A DNA stretch of 56,397 nt, the filler included, from Catajapyx aquilonaris (lineage: Eukaryota): NCBI GenBank assembly GCA_000934665.2. It is 2 parts of 2 records of this genome, joined end to end, with 100 filler letters (N's around TTAATTAATTAA, not from the genome) between each part and the next. Parts side by side here need not be neighbours in the genome. Positions count along the whole stretch, not along the records: positions 1 to 29,787 come from JYFJ02005192.1; 1 more part is not named here. One strand, 5' to 3'. The notes beneath the pieces are model-generated. The model searched no databases, was not told where the DNA came from, and worked only from the letters and a program-made list of their open reading frames with translations. This document shows, piece by piece, positions 1 through 12,994 of the stretch (the first letter of the stretch is position 1; each line of letters begins with the position of its first letter). Made by a program: the position numbers and the translations under genes.

Positions 1-74
1 TAAACCCTCCTTCAAAACTCTTATTCTGCTTTTCAATCCCCCAACCTTCCAGGCCCTGAGTTTCTTTCTCTTTT

Positions 75-100
75 CCTTCCTCCTCCTCCTCCTCCTCCTC
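75..100. repeat. (CCT)n microsatellite within a polypyrimidine tract
   Basis: Direct reading: cctcctcctcct... embedded in C/T-rich 61-110. Confidence 0.85.
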
Positions 101-2861
101 TCCCCCTTCCTGCAGCAAGCACAAGAGTTCATTGCTTCAGTTCTCGCTGAGGGATCGAGGATTCCATAAAGAAGGCTCTTTCTCTTAATCTGGAAAGCGT
201 CTTTAACTTGCGGGAACTTACAATTTCATCGTCTGCTACCGCCCAAGTTGAGCGAGAAAAATGGCTCCTTCTATGCTCAGGAGTGTGGGGAGGAAAAGGA
301 AAAGGAGGGGTAGGGAGGGGAGAAAAAAAAAGCTGAATTTACTTAGCGGAGTGTTGGACGGAACGGAAGGAGATTTATGGTCTGGGGGGAAAAGTTTGCA
401 GATATCAACCCGATCGTTTGTTTCCGCGTTTTCCTCTGCGCAGTCCTCGTCTGCGCCAACTCCACTCTTGTCCACGGCTTGTATGCTTGCTTCATTACCA
501 TTTGTTACTATTTCACGTCTATACGAGGGAGCCTGAAGCGCACAGTGAGGATTGTGGAGCAGTCATTGTGTGAAATAGGATTTGTGGTAATGCTTACAAA
601 ATGCTCGAAGATGGAAAAAAATGTCTAATTATTTACCGACAGGCCCAGGCTGTGTAATAACATGCAGGTGTCATCCATATAACGACTTAAAAGTAATTTT
701 AATACAAAGTATAGGTTTCAAGCCACCTCGTGGAATTATTTTACTCTCTACGACTTAATTCTGAAAATGTGACACGCAACCTCTACTTTCTCTTATTTAT
801 GCGCAATTCGTTATTTAGTAAGACACGCTAATGATACTCTCCCTTAATTATACAGCCTGCAAATTAAGTTGGAAATACTCATTAGTGCTCGTTTGGAGCT
901 GCCCGATGTGATCGTTATATTTAGTAAATGGTGTAGACTTTTTGATCCAGGGTGGTTCAAGTTACACTATACACAGTAGCCAACCTTTACATAATAATCC
1001 TTGGACTACATGCATATGCATTTAAATTAGCGTGTTTTTATTTACTTCAACGCCCCACTCGATAAAAAGAGTGATCGCAGTGATAGGGCGGCCATCGGGA
1101 AGCAAAACACGTGCGTCAGGAGCTGTGTATAAACAAGTGCACTGAATTATGGAAAACCCCGTAAGCTGTTAGGTTCACCTGAGTAGTTGTCCACCTCCCC
1201 CAGACCACCCCTCTCTAATTGGCCGGCTGATGACGACGTGGACCCCCAATCTACACCATCTCCAACATTGCAGAAAGTTGGCATACATAAACCTGCCAGT
1301 AGGTGCATATCTACGCGACATAAGCCCGCACTCTAAGCAAGCTCCTGTGCAGGTAATTAATTATGATAAGCCTCATGGCCCGAAGCTTTCCCCTGCCATC
1401 TCTGCACAGCATACAAACTTTGGCCAGCATGTTCCGGTCTACACTAGGATAAAAATGAACACCCCCACCCCAAACCTAAAGGTCCAAACCCACCCCCTTT
1501 AATTTGGCGATAAATCGGAGGTCCCCCATTGGACCGGGGGTTCTCCATTGCAAGCCCCCACTCCACCTTTGCATAATATTCCAATTTGTTATCCGGGCTG
1601 ATGAAGCTCTAATGTCCCGGCTGTGGACTCATGCAAGTCAAAGCCCGCTCCTCCCAGGCCCGATAACAAGCCGCGCCAAATCGTCTCTCGCCACCGCAAC
1701 CTGCGCTGAAACAAATAAATTTCCCCATTCATATGCGGGGCCCTGCCCGCCCAACAATAGGGAGGAGGCGTCTCACTCTCTCTGGCTCTTTCCAAAAAAA
1801 ACCGGAGAGAAAAATGGGCCAAGTGGGACCCTTCCCTAGGATCTTCCTCCTTTTCTAAAGATATACCCCAAAGGATCGATAGATAGGAAATAGTCGGAGG
1901 AAAAAAGAGGCTTCCACCCCTCAGCACCACTACCTCATCACTTGTCACTAGCTGCGATTTTCTATTGGCTTTCTTCATGGCCATACCATAGGAAGATGCG
2001 GTGCTTGCAGGATGGCCTGTAATTGACCAAATTTTGGAGGGTGGTGGACTTACAGGGGTTCACACGGACGACGTTGTTTTTGGTGGTTTGGAATATTATT
2101 AAAAATTACGGGAGCTATACAGTCGAGTTGAAATCGATACGGAGAATGGAGAGGGAGACACAAGATGGCGAGCCGTACCCGTACTGTTAACAGGACCTTT
2201 GTGAACATGGCCATGTCCTGCGGCATCAGCCATCAGCTTCCTCCACTGACTGCCGTAACTCGAGGTTCCTAGAGGTACACTGCAGGTCATGTAGACATTG
2301 CTTGCCTTTTGTTTGCATTTGTGAAAGACGACCGTTGTCCGCAGATATGACCGAGTACAAGAAGTGGCTGCTGGTGCACCTTGCCCTGGGCAATGCCTTT
2401 TGTCTTCCGGTAGAGCATTTCAAGCTGACAGATGAAACAACCACTGACCATCGTATGGGTTAAACATGCACGCTGCGTAACATTTTGCGAATTATTTACC
2501 AGAATGTACCGATAATAATTAACGTCCATTTTTTTCCTAGAGAATGCGGATAGCGCCATGATAAGTAGCAGTTAAGATCCAGGTTTCACGTGTAAACACG
2601 CAGCACCAGAAGTGGTTTATTCGCGTTCCTGCCCGAAATCATGGCTTCCTCACCCCCCTCCCCCTCTTCCCCCTCCTCTCTATATATCTCTAGCTGGTGC
2701 TGCCTTTGCAAAGAGGGAAGTATGAATCTTTCACAGCGATTAGGGTGACACCGATCCCCTCTTTTTTCCCCTGCGAATCCTGGAGGAATTTAATTAACTC
2801 GCAGTCAGGCTTTTTCCAGCTTCATTAGGGCTTTTATCGGGAAAAATTGCCTGGGTTGCTT

Positions 2862-2865
<4 letters not shown>

Positions 2866-2903
<38 letters not shown>

Positions 2904-2904
2904 N

Positions 2905-2932
<28 letters not shown>
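2866..2932. repeat. (CT)n/(GA)n microsatellite
   Basis: About 33 CT units with one N; source of the spurious ERERER ORF 2805-3107. Confidence 0.97.
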
Positions 2933-2935
<3 letters not shown>

Positions 2936-5900
2936 TTTTTTTTGTCTGGTGCTTTTGTGTCCCGGCAGCTAAGTGAAACGAGGATGGCCCGACTGCACTC
3001 CCTGGTGGGGGGAAAAAGGGCGTGATGTAAAAATAATGCGGGACGGAATTTATCTTCACTTGGCTGCCAGCTTTATATATCCGGCGGCGTGTTGCTGTGG
3101 GAGCCATACGCTCTCCTCGGCATCGCTCTCTTATGCTTTACAACTCCTCTCGCCTTGTTCCTGGGACTTGCCAACTCCCCAGTCTTGCCAGGAACCATAC
3201 TTCTAGCTGCCTGCTCAAACCTACCGCCACTACTCAAAAAAGAACTATTCACATTCGTTATAAATAAATAATAAAAAAAATGCACAATCCCAGCTTTAAA
3301 GATATGTGCGAATTTTTGCAAACATACAAAAATTTCGTTTCATCTTACATATATGAAGTAGAGTGTTGATATGTTTGTATGTCCCACCTACCTAATCCAC
3401 TTTCAGACTACCGAGAGTGCTGAGAGTTGTGTTAAATATGGCCGCCTTTGGCCCCAAAATGGCAAAATGGTGCTTTTTTTCGATCCGAATGGCGAGCCTT
3501 AATTTATTTAAGCTTTTTTTGTGGGATGTGGACAGGAGGATATATTCTTTGATTAAAAAGTAAAAAAAAGGGAACAGCTAGCTAGAGGAGAGATGCTGCT
3601 TGAGTGTTGGTAATTCTGGGGAGAGGCGTCGTTGCTGTCGGGTCGTGTCCGTGGGTGTGGCAAGGCGCAAACTTGGAGATTTATGCATAACTCATGAATA
3701 CAACAGTGGTGCGGGGAGAGGCTCGCGTCAGGCGGTGACATGTGACACAGGAAATCTTCCTGGGCCGAAAGAAGAGGGGGGGGGGAAGGGGAGGAGGAAA
3801 AGGGAGAGGGGGAGGGATGGGAGATAGAGAGAGATCAGACTCGACATAAGCCGAGCTGTGTCGTGCCAAGTGGACACTTATCACGGAAAAGCCAAGGCGG
3901 GATCTAGGACACTGTACCAGGTGGATCGAAACGAGTAACATTGGTTGCACAATTGTTGCCTGAAACATTGTAATTTGCGGTACTAAACGATTCAGAGAAA
4001 GACCGTCCGATTTGGTAGAACAAAACATTATTATGGTTCGTTCAACTAATAATTCTTTCGAGTATTAGTTACTGAATGTCATATTTGCCCATTGTGACGT
4101 CAGTGCTGCATGAGCATTCAGATCCTCTTAGCAGCCAACTTTTCTAAACAACTTGGGGATAATCTGGATTAGGTCATGCGATGAGGTTTTATTTGCAAGT
4201 TGGGTGCGAATTCTTTGTAATGGCTTTCCAGTGAATTAGTGAAAGGGGGTCCTTGTCATATGTCTCTTGTCAGACTGTGTCCTTATATAATATACAGCTG
4301 GGCTATATTATGAAAGGGGGGAAAGGAGAGAGAGAGAGAGAAGTTAGGTCCAAATTGAATAATCAAGTGCGCTGGCTTGTTTGACCAAGATAAGGCGATG
4401 TCACCAGGGGGTGAAAGGGTCGCCTTTCAAGGGGGGTGGGAACCAGAATGGATTGGCGCCTTTATCCCCACCCCACCCTTACCATCCCTCGGCCTGACCC
4501 CAAGGGGGATATGATGCTGGGTGTTGTTTGGAAGCTTCCATTCGGGAGAGGGTGTCCCTTCTCCAAAGTCACCGGATTTAGTTCGCCCGCTTTTCACGCC
4601 ATCGCTGACCTCATCAGGGTTGCCAATCCCCAGATTTGATACTCTAACAGTGGCCTACTGAAGAAAAACCAAGATGGCCGCCCTTCCCGCGCTTAATCCA
4701 TTGTGTGTGCATTTTTTTCTTACTCTAAATATAATGTACTTGATACGTGTACGTGCGTTTTTTCTTCTCTGGTTCTTGTTTGAGGTTGTAGGATGGAGTG
4801 GAAGTTGGCGGCAAAAAGACGCGTCGGCGTCGGGGTCTGCAGGCGGCTTTTGTGCCGTGGGACAATGGTCGGGAGCGGGAGGAGAGCCGATTAGGCTGCC
4901 AAATGGGCTTTGGCACAGTTGGGCCAGAGGCTTATCTCTTCCCATCGGTGCCCATTACTTTTTCAATAACGGGGCACAGGGAGGGTTGAAGAGGGGGAGA
5001 GAGTGGGAAGGGAGAGGGTGTCATCCTCCTGCTGGCTTCTTGGCCTTTTCCATATACTTGTCATTTTTGGGGGAAACTCGTGGGAATTTTCCACGTAAAT
5101 ACTCATTCTGATTCGTGTGTAATCAACTGTTACAAGGCTCGTCAATGTTATTGCGTTGCTGTTAAAACGTTATATACAGTGATAGGCTCATTAAATTTAT
5201 GGTCTGTTTTTGCAGTCGTTTACTCCGGCTCGTATTCTGTTGTGGTCGTGTACGTGAATGGTGTTATTGACTAACTGCAGCAACTTCATCATACGTGTTT
5301 GTTCGTCTCAGTTCGGCGTTAGGGTTTTTACATAAGTAGGTCGTGTATACGTTATGTTGTAGCCGACGCGCTTGAATAGGATGTAACGTCACGTCCAATT
5401 GTGTACAAGTTGAAAAGCGTGCCAAGTTGGAAGGGATATAATAGAGAGCGCAGATTGTTACAAGTATATGACAGAGCAACACAAAAGGGCTGCCAACTTC
5501 ATTTTTATTGACGCTTAAGTTCAGGGCGTACAAAGCAGGGCTTCCTCTACGGGGGAGTATTCACTCATGCGACACTCAATTAATTACAGCCTCTACGCAC
5601 TTACTTCTATTCACACGTATTACTTGGTCCCAGGCGATGGGGGCCTATAAAATGGAGAGGAGAAGCAGATATTTTGTCTCCAGAAAAAAAAGAGAGAGAA
5701 GAACATAATTAGGTGGGTGATTTATAACCCGATTGTATTCTTCTCCTGCTCGCGGAGGATAATAATGGCATGAAAAAGCAGGCGAAACAATAATGTCACC
5801 TCGGTTGACGGATAGCTTCCCCACCGTTCCATTCAGGGATCTCTCCGGATGTGACCTCACGGAAGCCTCGTCCAATAGTCTTGGATCTGTCAAGGAGGAA

Positions 5901-8900
5901 ACAATCTCTGATAATAATAGGGTTCCAAACAATTATTTTCTTGGACAGTGTTTATACCACTGAAGCTTACAAACAATGCCAATGCCCACAAAAGAAATCA
6001 CAGGTGTTGTCTATAACTTGTGCTTTTACGCAAACAGGTTTATGTTATAACATGAACACCAGGGTAGCGCACCTCTCTGTATTTATATCAACTCCTGAAT
6101 TGCATGTCCCATTATCAGGAGGATAGTCTCGACCCACTGGTGGACCTCAGACCAGTGGTGGCTGGGAGCATCGACCGACCTAGCCTCTTAGCCTATATAA
6201 AAATGGTTGCTGTTTTTATTGGGTAGGGGTGTACCTGGCACATCTCAGGGAGCGTGCAGCGTATGATTAGGACACGACAGGAGATTGAAGCCCGGGCTGC
6301 CACCCGCCCATTATCACCCGCATAGGCTGGGCCTGCATGCCCTCTACCTTTGCGTGACCTCTCTGGCCAGAATCCAGCTGGGAATACACATCCGGCCCTT
6401 CCACGTCTTCATTGCGCCCGCAGGATGTCGCTCTCAATCCATGTACCTCAAGAGACATGCACGCCTTCCGGCTAATACTAGACCTTCCCAAGTAGCCTCC
6501 GCTTCAGATGAAGATATTTTCAAAAATCAAGTATCACTTACAGCCCCTTCTAACCAATGGCCTTCAATCTGAAACTGTCACGACATAGCTCTTTATTCAT
6601 TTCGTGACCAAGCTGGCTAAGTAATTAGCGCCTATCAGCAGCGAACGCAAAAAAATATATTTTGAAAAAAGTTAAGTATACAAAAAAAGGCTTGTGTATA
6701 ATAGGCATTGACAAAATTATTTTCCTATTGGAGGAGGGCAGGTTGATGGATCCTTGCGTGATACCGAGTGACGTGCATTCGGAGGGTCTCTCACGACAAA
6801 ATAGTTGGAGCCGAACTTGCCTTCAAATCAAGTGACAGGGGCTTCAGGCCACTTTATTATTAAATTATTACTTGTAACTTGGGAGGCGTTTCCGTGTCAG
6901 CTCCGCGCAGAAGCAGAAAAGCATTACTTCTTTTACCTCCATCATTTTTGGGTGGGTTACTCCAGAGCCTGGAGGAAAAGAGATTATGGAGTCCATGCAT
7001 GGTGGGCAAATGTGACAACCCCGCCGGTTCCAATCCCATGGATTCATCGCCTGTCTCTAATTCCCCTCACCCTTTTCCATTCGCCATTCCCAATTCTGGT
7101 CAGCTCCTAAGCTGTGGCTCTGAGATGAGATTCCGGGAAGACGCGGATTGTCGGATTTCGGGACCAATGACACCCACAACTGACGTCCGGAGAATGAGAG
7201 AGAAAAAGCCACTCCTTGGAAAAAGAAGTGGAGGGGAAAAAATATGATTAAAAAAACTGTATATGGAGATGACTGCTTAGTAGCTGCAATTTGAAATTGC
7301 TTGACAGTGTTGTAAGGGTCTTCTCTAGGGAGCTATAGATGGGGAGTGATAGTGATGTCGAGGAGGAATCCGGACGAATATATAGAGTCGGGTGTGAAGT
7401 CGAGGCACGTAGTTGCTGGTCCTCTTTCATCCGGGCGAGATGGAAGGCGAAGAAGGACGCTGGTCCGGAGACTTGTCGAGGGCTGCCTCCGCAGAGAATT
7501 TCCGTGTCCGGACTGGGAATGGAAGCTCTGCGACAAATCCCTCCAGCACAAAAGGCGCTTGCTCCAGCCTCACAATATTCTTCTTGGCCGCCCTTGGAAA
7601 TTGCCCATTACGACCGCCGCAACAGTTGCAGCCTTCCAATGAAGTCGCATTGCCCCGGATGGGACGATATTACTTGCAGATATGAGTACATAAGGGACAA
7701 AGTGCGGTGGAGGGATTAACACGGAGGTGCCTTAGGAACAAGGTCTGCGGCTCCTTCTCTCCGGCCCCCCTTTCCCTTTGGTCCAGAGAAGATGAATAGT
7801 TGATGAGGCGGGCAACCGCGTCGGAGAGATGCTGTCGCGGCACACTCTTCCAGCCAACCTTATTCCCAGCTGTCTGGACTTTGTCCTCGACAATGTGGGG
7901 GTAAAAATGTTCCCGCGTAACTTCCACACTTGTGATGTCTCCGTCCCGCAGGTTATATAAGGGGGGGATAAATTCTCTGGAGGAAAATGAGATAGGGGGA
8001 TAGTGCTATGGGCTCTCTGGAAAATCAAGGACGCGTGTTTCCATGGACCAGCTTTTCATTTTCTCGTGCGAAAAGGAGGACTAAGGCTTGAAACACTCGT
8101 CACACCAATTTCCAAAGGGGAATTTCTCCTTTGCATAATTAATCGGCGCGCTGTAAAATTCAAAGCATCGGTGTCGGGCACGTACAGCAGCACTTTGAAA
8201 GAGATGGGAAGGGGGGGAAAAATGGCCACCCCGGACCAAAAAGAAAGAAAAAGAGAGAACCGATGTGGAAAGTGTACCTCCGGACATGTAACAGGTTTTG
8301 GGAATTATAAGGCCTGGTTCCATGATGGTTTCAGCCGATGACACGTGTAGGAAAATTATTAATTATAACGCATGGCTTGTATTTTCTAGGGCAAGTCCTA
8401 AGGTCGATGTAAATCACAAAATTCGAGTTATGCTAAAATTGTCTTCCGCCAGTAATATCTTGCTCAGAAAAAGCAATTTAAAATGCAAATGTCGATTATC
8501 GTCTCAGGCCGCATATGCAATGAAGAGATTGTTGGGCACTGGGGCATGTGGTTTAATCCGGAGAAAATGACCTTTCGTCGGCGATAATTTGCTAGTAGAG
8601 CCAAAGCGATAGTGACAGAGCGTGGTTAGTACAGATATTCCCCCGAGAGGAAACAATTCCCCGCAGGCATCGTGAGTGACGGGAGTAGATGAAGGGGCCT
8701 TGAGGTTGTCGGCCGGGGATGTACAACCCAGGTTCAGACGGACGTCACTGCCAGACATATCTATCCCGAGGTGGGCCTGCAACCACGGGGGTGCTCAATG
8801 GGGGGTCTGCGAAATACCTTTTTTGAGGATGAACCACTTGTTTTAATCCACCGAGGTCACCTCCTGGAATAAGAGAAGCAGCAGCTGTCCTCTCACTTAT

Positions 8901-11900
8901 TTTTCCGACCCACGCAAGCTGTAATTACCTTAAACGGGACACAGTACCATCCTCAAAAAATAGGCTCAAAACCTGTTTCCCACAATAGAGCGGAAGCCCC
9001 ACTCGCGACAGGTTATATTTGTGGCCACCGTCGAGGAAACAAAGGATATGTATACGTTTTCTCACCTGCTGGTATCACCCACCCTAAGTGAATAAGGCGT
9101 TGTTTAGGAGGCATAGTGTTCATGTACAGTACGTGTCAACCCAAGTTGGGTGGTGTGATATGCTGCCAGTCTGCTTGTACCATGTTTTTTTTTTGTAAAT
9201 AAAAAAGGGAAGCCTGAACGGAATACGTGATGGCTGACGGGAGCAGGTTATTCCAGTATTATACAAGAAGGGCAGGAATTTTTCTCTTGTGAACGACATT
9301 ATAGCGGACAATAGAGCTTCCGATTCACGCCCGAGTTTTTCCCGCTGTGACAGTTCATTTGAAAGCAGCACGTATGCAAGCATAAAAGTGTCGCCAGAGT
9401 CGGAGGACATCTCCAGCACTTGCCCTCGAGGGCATTACACACAATGGAAGAAAATGGGTGTAGATATATAGGGCAGGAATGGCATCGATTTTGGGTGGCT
9501 GCTGGGTTTGGATGTAACAGCGATGCAGCTTTATATAAATGGAAGTAGGCCGTCGTTGCACAGTTAATGGGACTACAGCTGTAAACAAGCGTAAATACAT
9601 CGTGAAAAGGTACCTTCATCGTTGTTGCACTTCCACTTCGCTTGTTCCATTACCGGTGCAAGTGGAGGTCAATTTCAGAGAGCTCCGGGTTTCCTGTCGC
9701 CGATAATTGCGCCGGGTCGGGTTTCATTTGGTTAACTTGACAATTCGTTACCGTCGCCCCCTCTGTAAGTTGTACAACTGGGGGCAGTTTAAAACCCCCT
9801 CCCAGCACCTGGTGTTTTCGTCACTATCGGGGGGGCGGCTATTAAGAATAAATTTATCAGCCGTAATTACACCTAGGCCAGGACTGGCAATTAATATCAT
9901 TGGCCCAAACATTAAGCGCCGGGTGTAATGACATGGAGTAGGATCATTAATCCACAATAATTGAAACTGCTAGGGTCTTGTAGGTGCTGCTTCTCCTCAG
10001 CTCGTTGCTCAACCCCCTTTTCACCCACCCACCCACCCCAGTATTTAGAATACAGAAGGTGGGGGGTGGGGGGAGGGAAATCACAAGGCACTTCCATACA
10101 TGGCAAAAAGCGTTTCTCAACACCTTTCCACCCCCCCCAGGTGTCTCTCACCTGTCCACGCCCACCTTTAGTCATTGGTGGGTAGTAACGCCAGGAGGCG
10201 GTGCGAGTTGCTTGTTTTCTATAAGGCCCCCTCCTATATACTTGCCTCCCCCCCACCTCACATCCTGACACGATCACATCGCGTGCATTCAAATGGTCTG
10301 CCATGCCGCCATCCCCCTTTCAGCCAATCTAGGAAATAACAAGGTTTGTCTTAATGCCAGCCCTGTGGTTGTGGAGTAAGCTCATTCCAAGCCTGGTTTG
10401 GATCCAGATCCATCCCCCCCCCTTCTAGACTTCCGGTCAGGTTATGCGCCATGTTGCCACCGGATTTTTGCCTCCCTACCACTTCAGGTATAACGAGGTG
10501 TTTCCTACATCTAATATACGCCAAGCACGTTAACTTATCTGGGCCTAAAATAAACATCGATTGTTGGGGCGTTATCCGACTCCAGTCGCCATTTAAAATA
10601 AAAAAAGCTGAGAGCAACTGTGAATAAACGTGGTAGGCAGGATATACTGGGAAGGCTAATATTGAGACAAAATAATTAATTTTGGCGGTGAAATATTGCC
10701 TGATGTCTTACTATACACATCAGTTGTCATTGTGAATTAGTGCAGCACAATTGGACTAACATACAGCTACTTGCACTTGTCAGAGATTTGAATCGGATTA
10801 CAATCGTGTATAATCTGCAAATAACTAACTTACACGTGTAGTTTACGTGATGAAAATGCTTGCCACATCTCATGTAATGTAAGACAAGTTTGCTAAACAT
10901 ATTTCCTGCTTGTCTTAGGTTGTCTTTTTTTTTTACTTGCCAGTGTAGTAAATTAGGTTTTTGCGGACATCCATCATCACTGCAATTACATTTCGTCATC
11001 TTGCTTCCTAGCTTAAGTAACACCGAATCCCATGTAAACAACAGCAATACGAGCACATATTTTTATTACGCAATCATGAAGTTTATAGCGTAGCACCATA
11101 ACAATCATGTCACGGCTATAGCATGACGCAATTTAATACGTTGCGTAATACACAGGTTTCCTGAGAGTCAAGTATACTGTATATGAACACTTGCTATGAT
11201 ACGAGTATATGTAGATCTTCAGTAGTAAATTATATTTTCCGCGTTACACTGGCTGCTTTTCCGCGGTGCAGCAGGAAATTAGTTCATTATTGTGGTTTAG
11301 TGTAGGCCTAAATATACAGGTGAAATCATCACTTGAGATATTTTTATTCCCTAGAAAATTGATTAATGCTAGTCCGATATAATTATACGTATGAAAGTAT
11401 TGTCTTATTCACGGTCTTAATGATAACATGCCATCATTACTGTGCCGTTTGCTTCTGTGATGTATACCGGTACATTGCATTGCGTAGGCCGATAGTGTGC
11501 CTAATGAATGCACGTTCAGATCATCTATTATTATACTGTATACAGCAATCTTATACCAGTAGCTGCTTGTCTGAAAAATGGACCTGGAGATAAGTTATGA
11601 GAACAGTGCATATATAGAGAAAGTTGTGAAAAATTCTTTTGGCTTATTACGCACTGTATGTGTGAACTTGGGGAAGTTGTACTTGGTTGTCTACAGTGTC
11701 TTTCCGTTTCAATTGCAATTATGTATTGTCCGTTTATTATTATCCTGGAACACATTGGGACTTTATATCAATGTCCCTGGATCCTGCATAAAGAAAGACA
11801 AAATGAGGAATCTTCATGCAGAATGTGATGCTGATTTTATACCTGCATGTGACTTGGGAAAAGGCATGAAGAGCACATTTTGTGCCCCAGGAAGTATAGG

Positions 11901-12854
11901 TTGGCACGCATCCCTTTATGCGGAACACAATTCTCGGATTTCAAAAAATGTTCTCATGACATGTGCCTCCGACTTTTTTCATCAATGCATGAAGTATAGC
12001 CTTTTTGGGCCTTTTCCTAATACCTTGAATCACCTTGGAATTTAGTGCACAGAATTTATTGTTTTTGCAACACTTTTGTAGTGTAACTTCTCGTACATGA
12101 ATAAGTTATAGGCCTAGATTCAGGGCTGTGAAAAATATATTATAGTCTACCGTTGAACAATAATGAAGCCATGTGGCAGCATTGTTGATGCGTGTTATAG
12201 GCACTTTGAACTTAAAGGAAACACAAACAAGTTAGTCGAAGCATTTGAACTCGATAACTGTTGCGCATTGCTAATTATTATTTGGAGAGGTACACAGTAA
12301 ATTGCGGTTTATTCAGCAGGGCGGAATTAATTTCCTCCGAATCGAGAGCCTAAATTGTAAAGAAGTGCAAATCAGTGCATGGCGCAGAACTTCATGCTCG
12401 GGAAACTTTTGATGAGGGCCTCTTACCGACAGTTATAGCTAAATTACAAGACAGGTAATTATGTGCAGGCTTAACAAAATAGACCTATTAGTGAAAGTGT
12501 AGCAGTTCGCCTTAGATGTAAAAGAGGTTAAAATTATTATTGGGGAAAATACTGACAAAAGCTGTCATTTCCGCGAAACAAATGCGTCATGTAAATATGA
12601 GTGCTTATCAATTGATTGTTGTTTTCCTGAAACTATGGGACCGCATTTCAGCAAATCTGATCTTTGAAATATCAGGTGTTTTATATAACTTTTTTTCCGA
12701 CCCGAACCCCAAATAAGTGTATACAGATATATCTTCAAGCTTTTAAATATGCATAAGTTATATCAATTAATGGTGATAGTATAGGTTAGTATGGGGAAAA
12801 TAGTTCAGTTGATGACTTCCAAGCAACATTCCGGGTATAACTTACTCTGCATGG

Positions 12855-12994
12855 ATGCAGGGTGAGTCTGAACTGTATAAGTGAACCAAGAATTGGATTT
12901 TTATAGCCCCTACAATTTGGACATATAATGCTTTATTATACGCCAAAGAGTCCACCAGCGCAAGCTTGACCTGGAGTTCTGACTCACCCTGCAT
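12855..12994. mobile_element. Short MITE-like element with CAGGGTG termini (Tc1/mariner-like ends)
   Basis: Left ATGCAGGGTGAGTCTGAACT (12855-12874) and right AGTTCTGACTCACCCTGCAT (12975-12994) form a 20-bp inverted repeat with 1 mismatch around a ~100-bp non-coding interior. The flanks are TG/CA rather than a canonical TA duplication. Confidence 0.6.

Noticed and set aside
61..170. Strong polypyrimidine tract plus CAG at 113-115 suggesting an exon
   Set aside because: The protein-like frame stops after 17 codons and the tract is explained by a (CCT)n microsatellite.
2348..2410. ATGACCGAGTACAAG (MTEYK, Ras-like start) after an acceptor-like CCGCAG
   Set aside because: It continues KWLLVHLALG with no GxxxxGKS P-loop and no downstream Ras exons; most likely chance.
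7339..7719. Cluster of overlapping GC-rich ORFs, as also at 6285-6572, 8504-8782, 9120-9419 and 20670-21104
   Set aside because: No recognisable domain, no consistent splice chain, and overlapping ORFs in several frames typical of GC-richer non-coding DNA.
9625..9672. Imperfect hairpin CTTCCACTT/AAGTGGAGG resembling a pre-miRNA
   Set aside because: Only ~48 nt with bulges and wobbles, no extended lower stem, and no match to a conserved miRNA I recognise.
11091..11110. TAGCACCAT (miR-29/285-like seed)
   Set aside because: The remainder diverges from the mature sequence and no convincing precursor hairpin is present.
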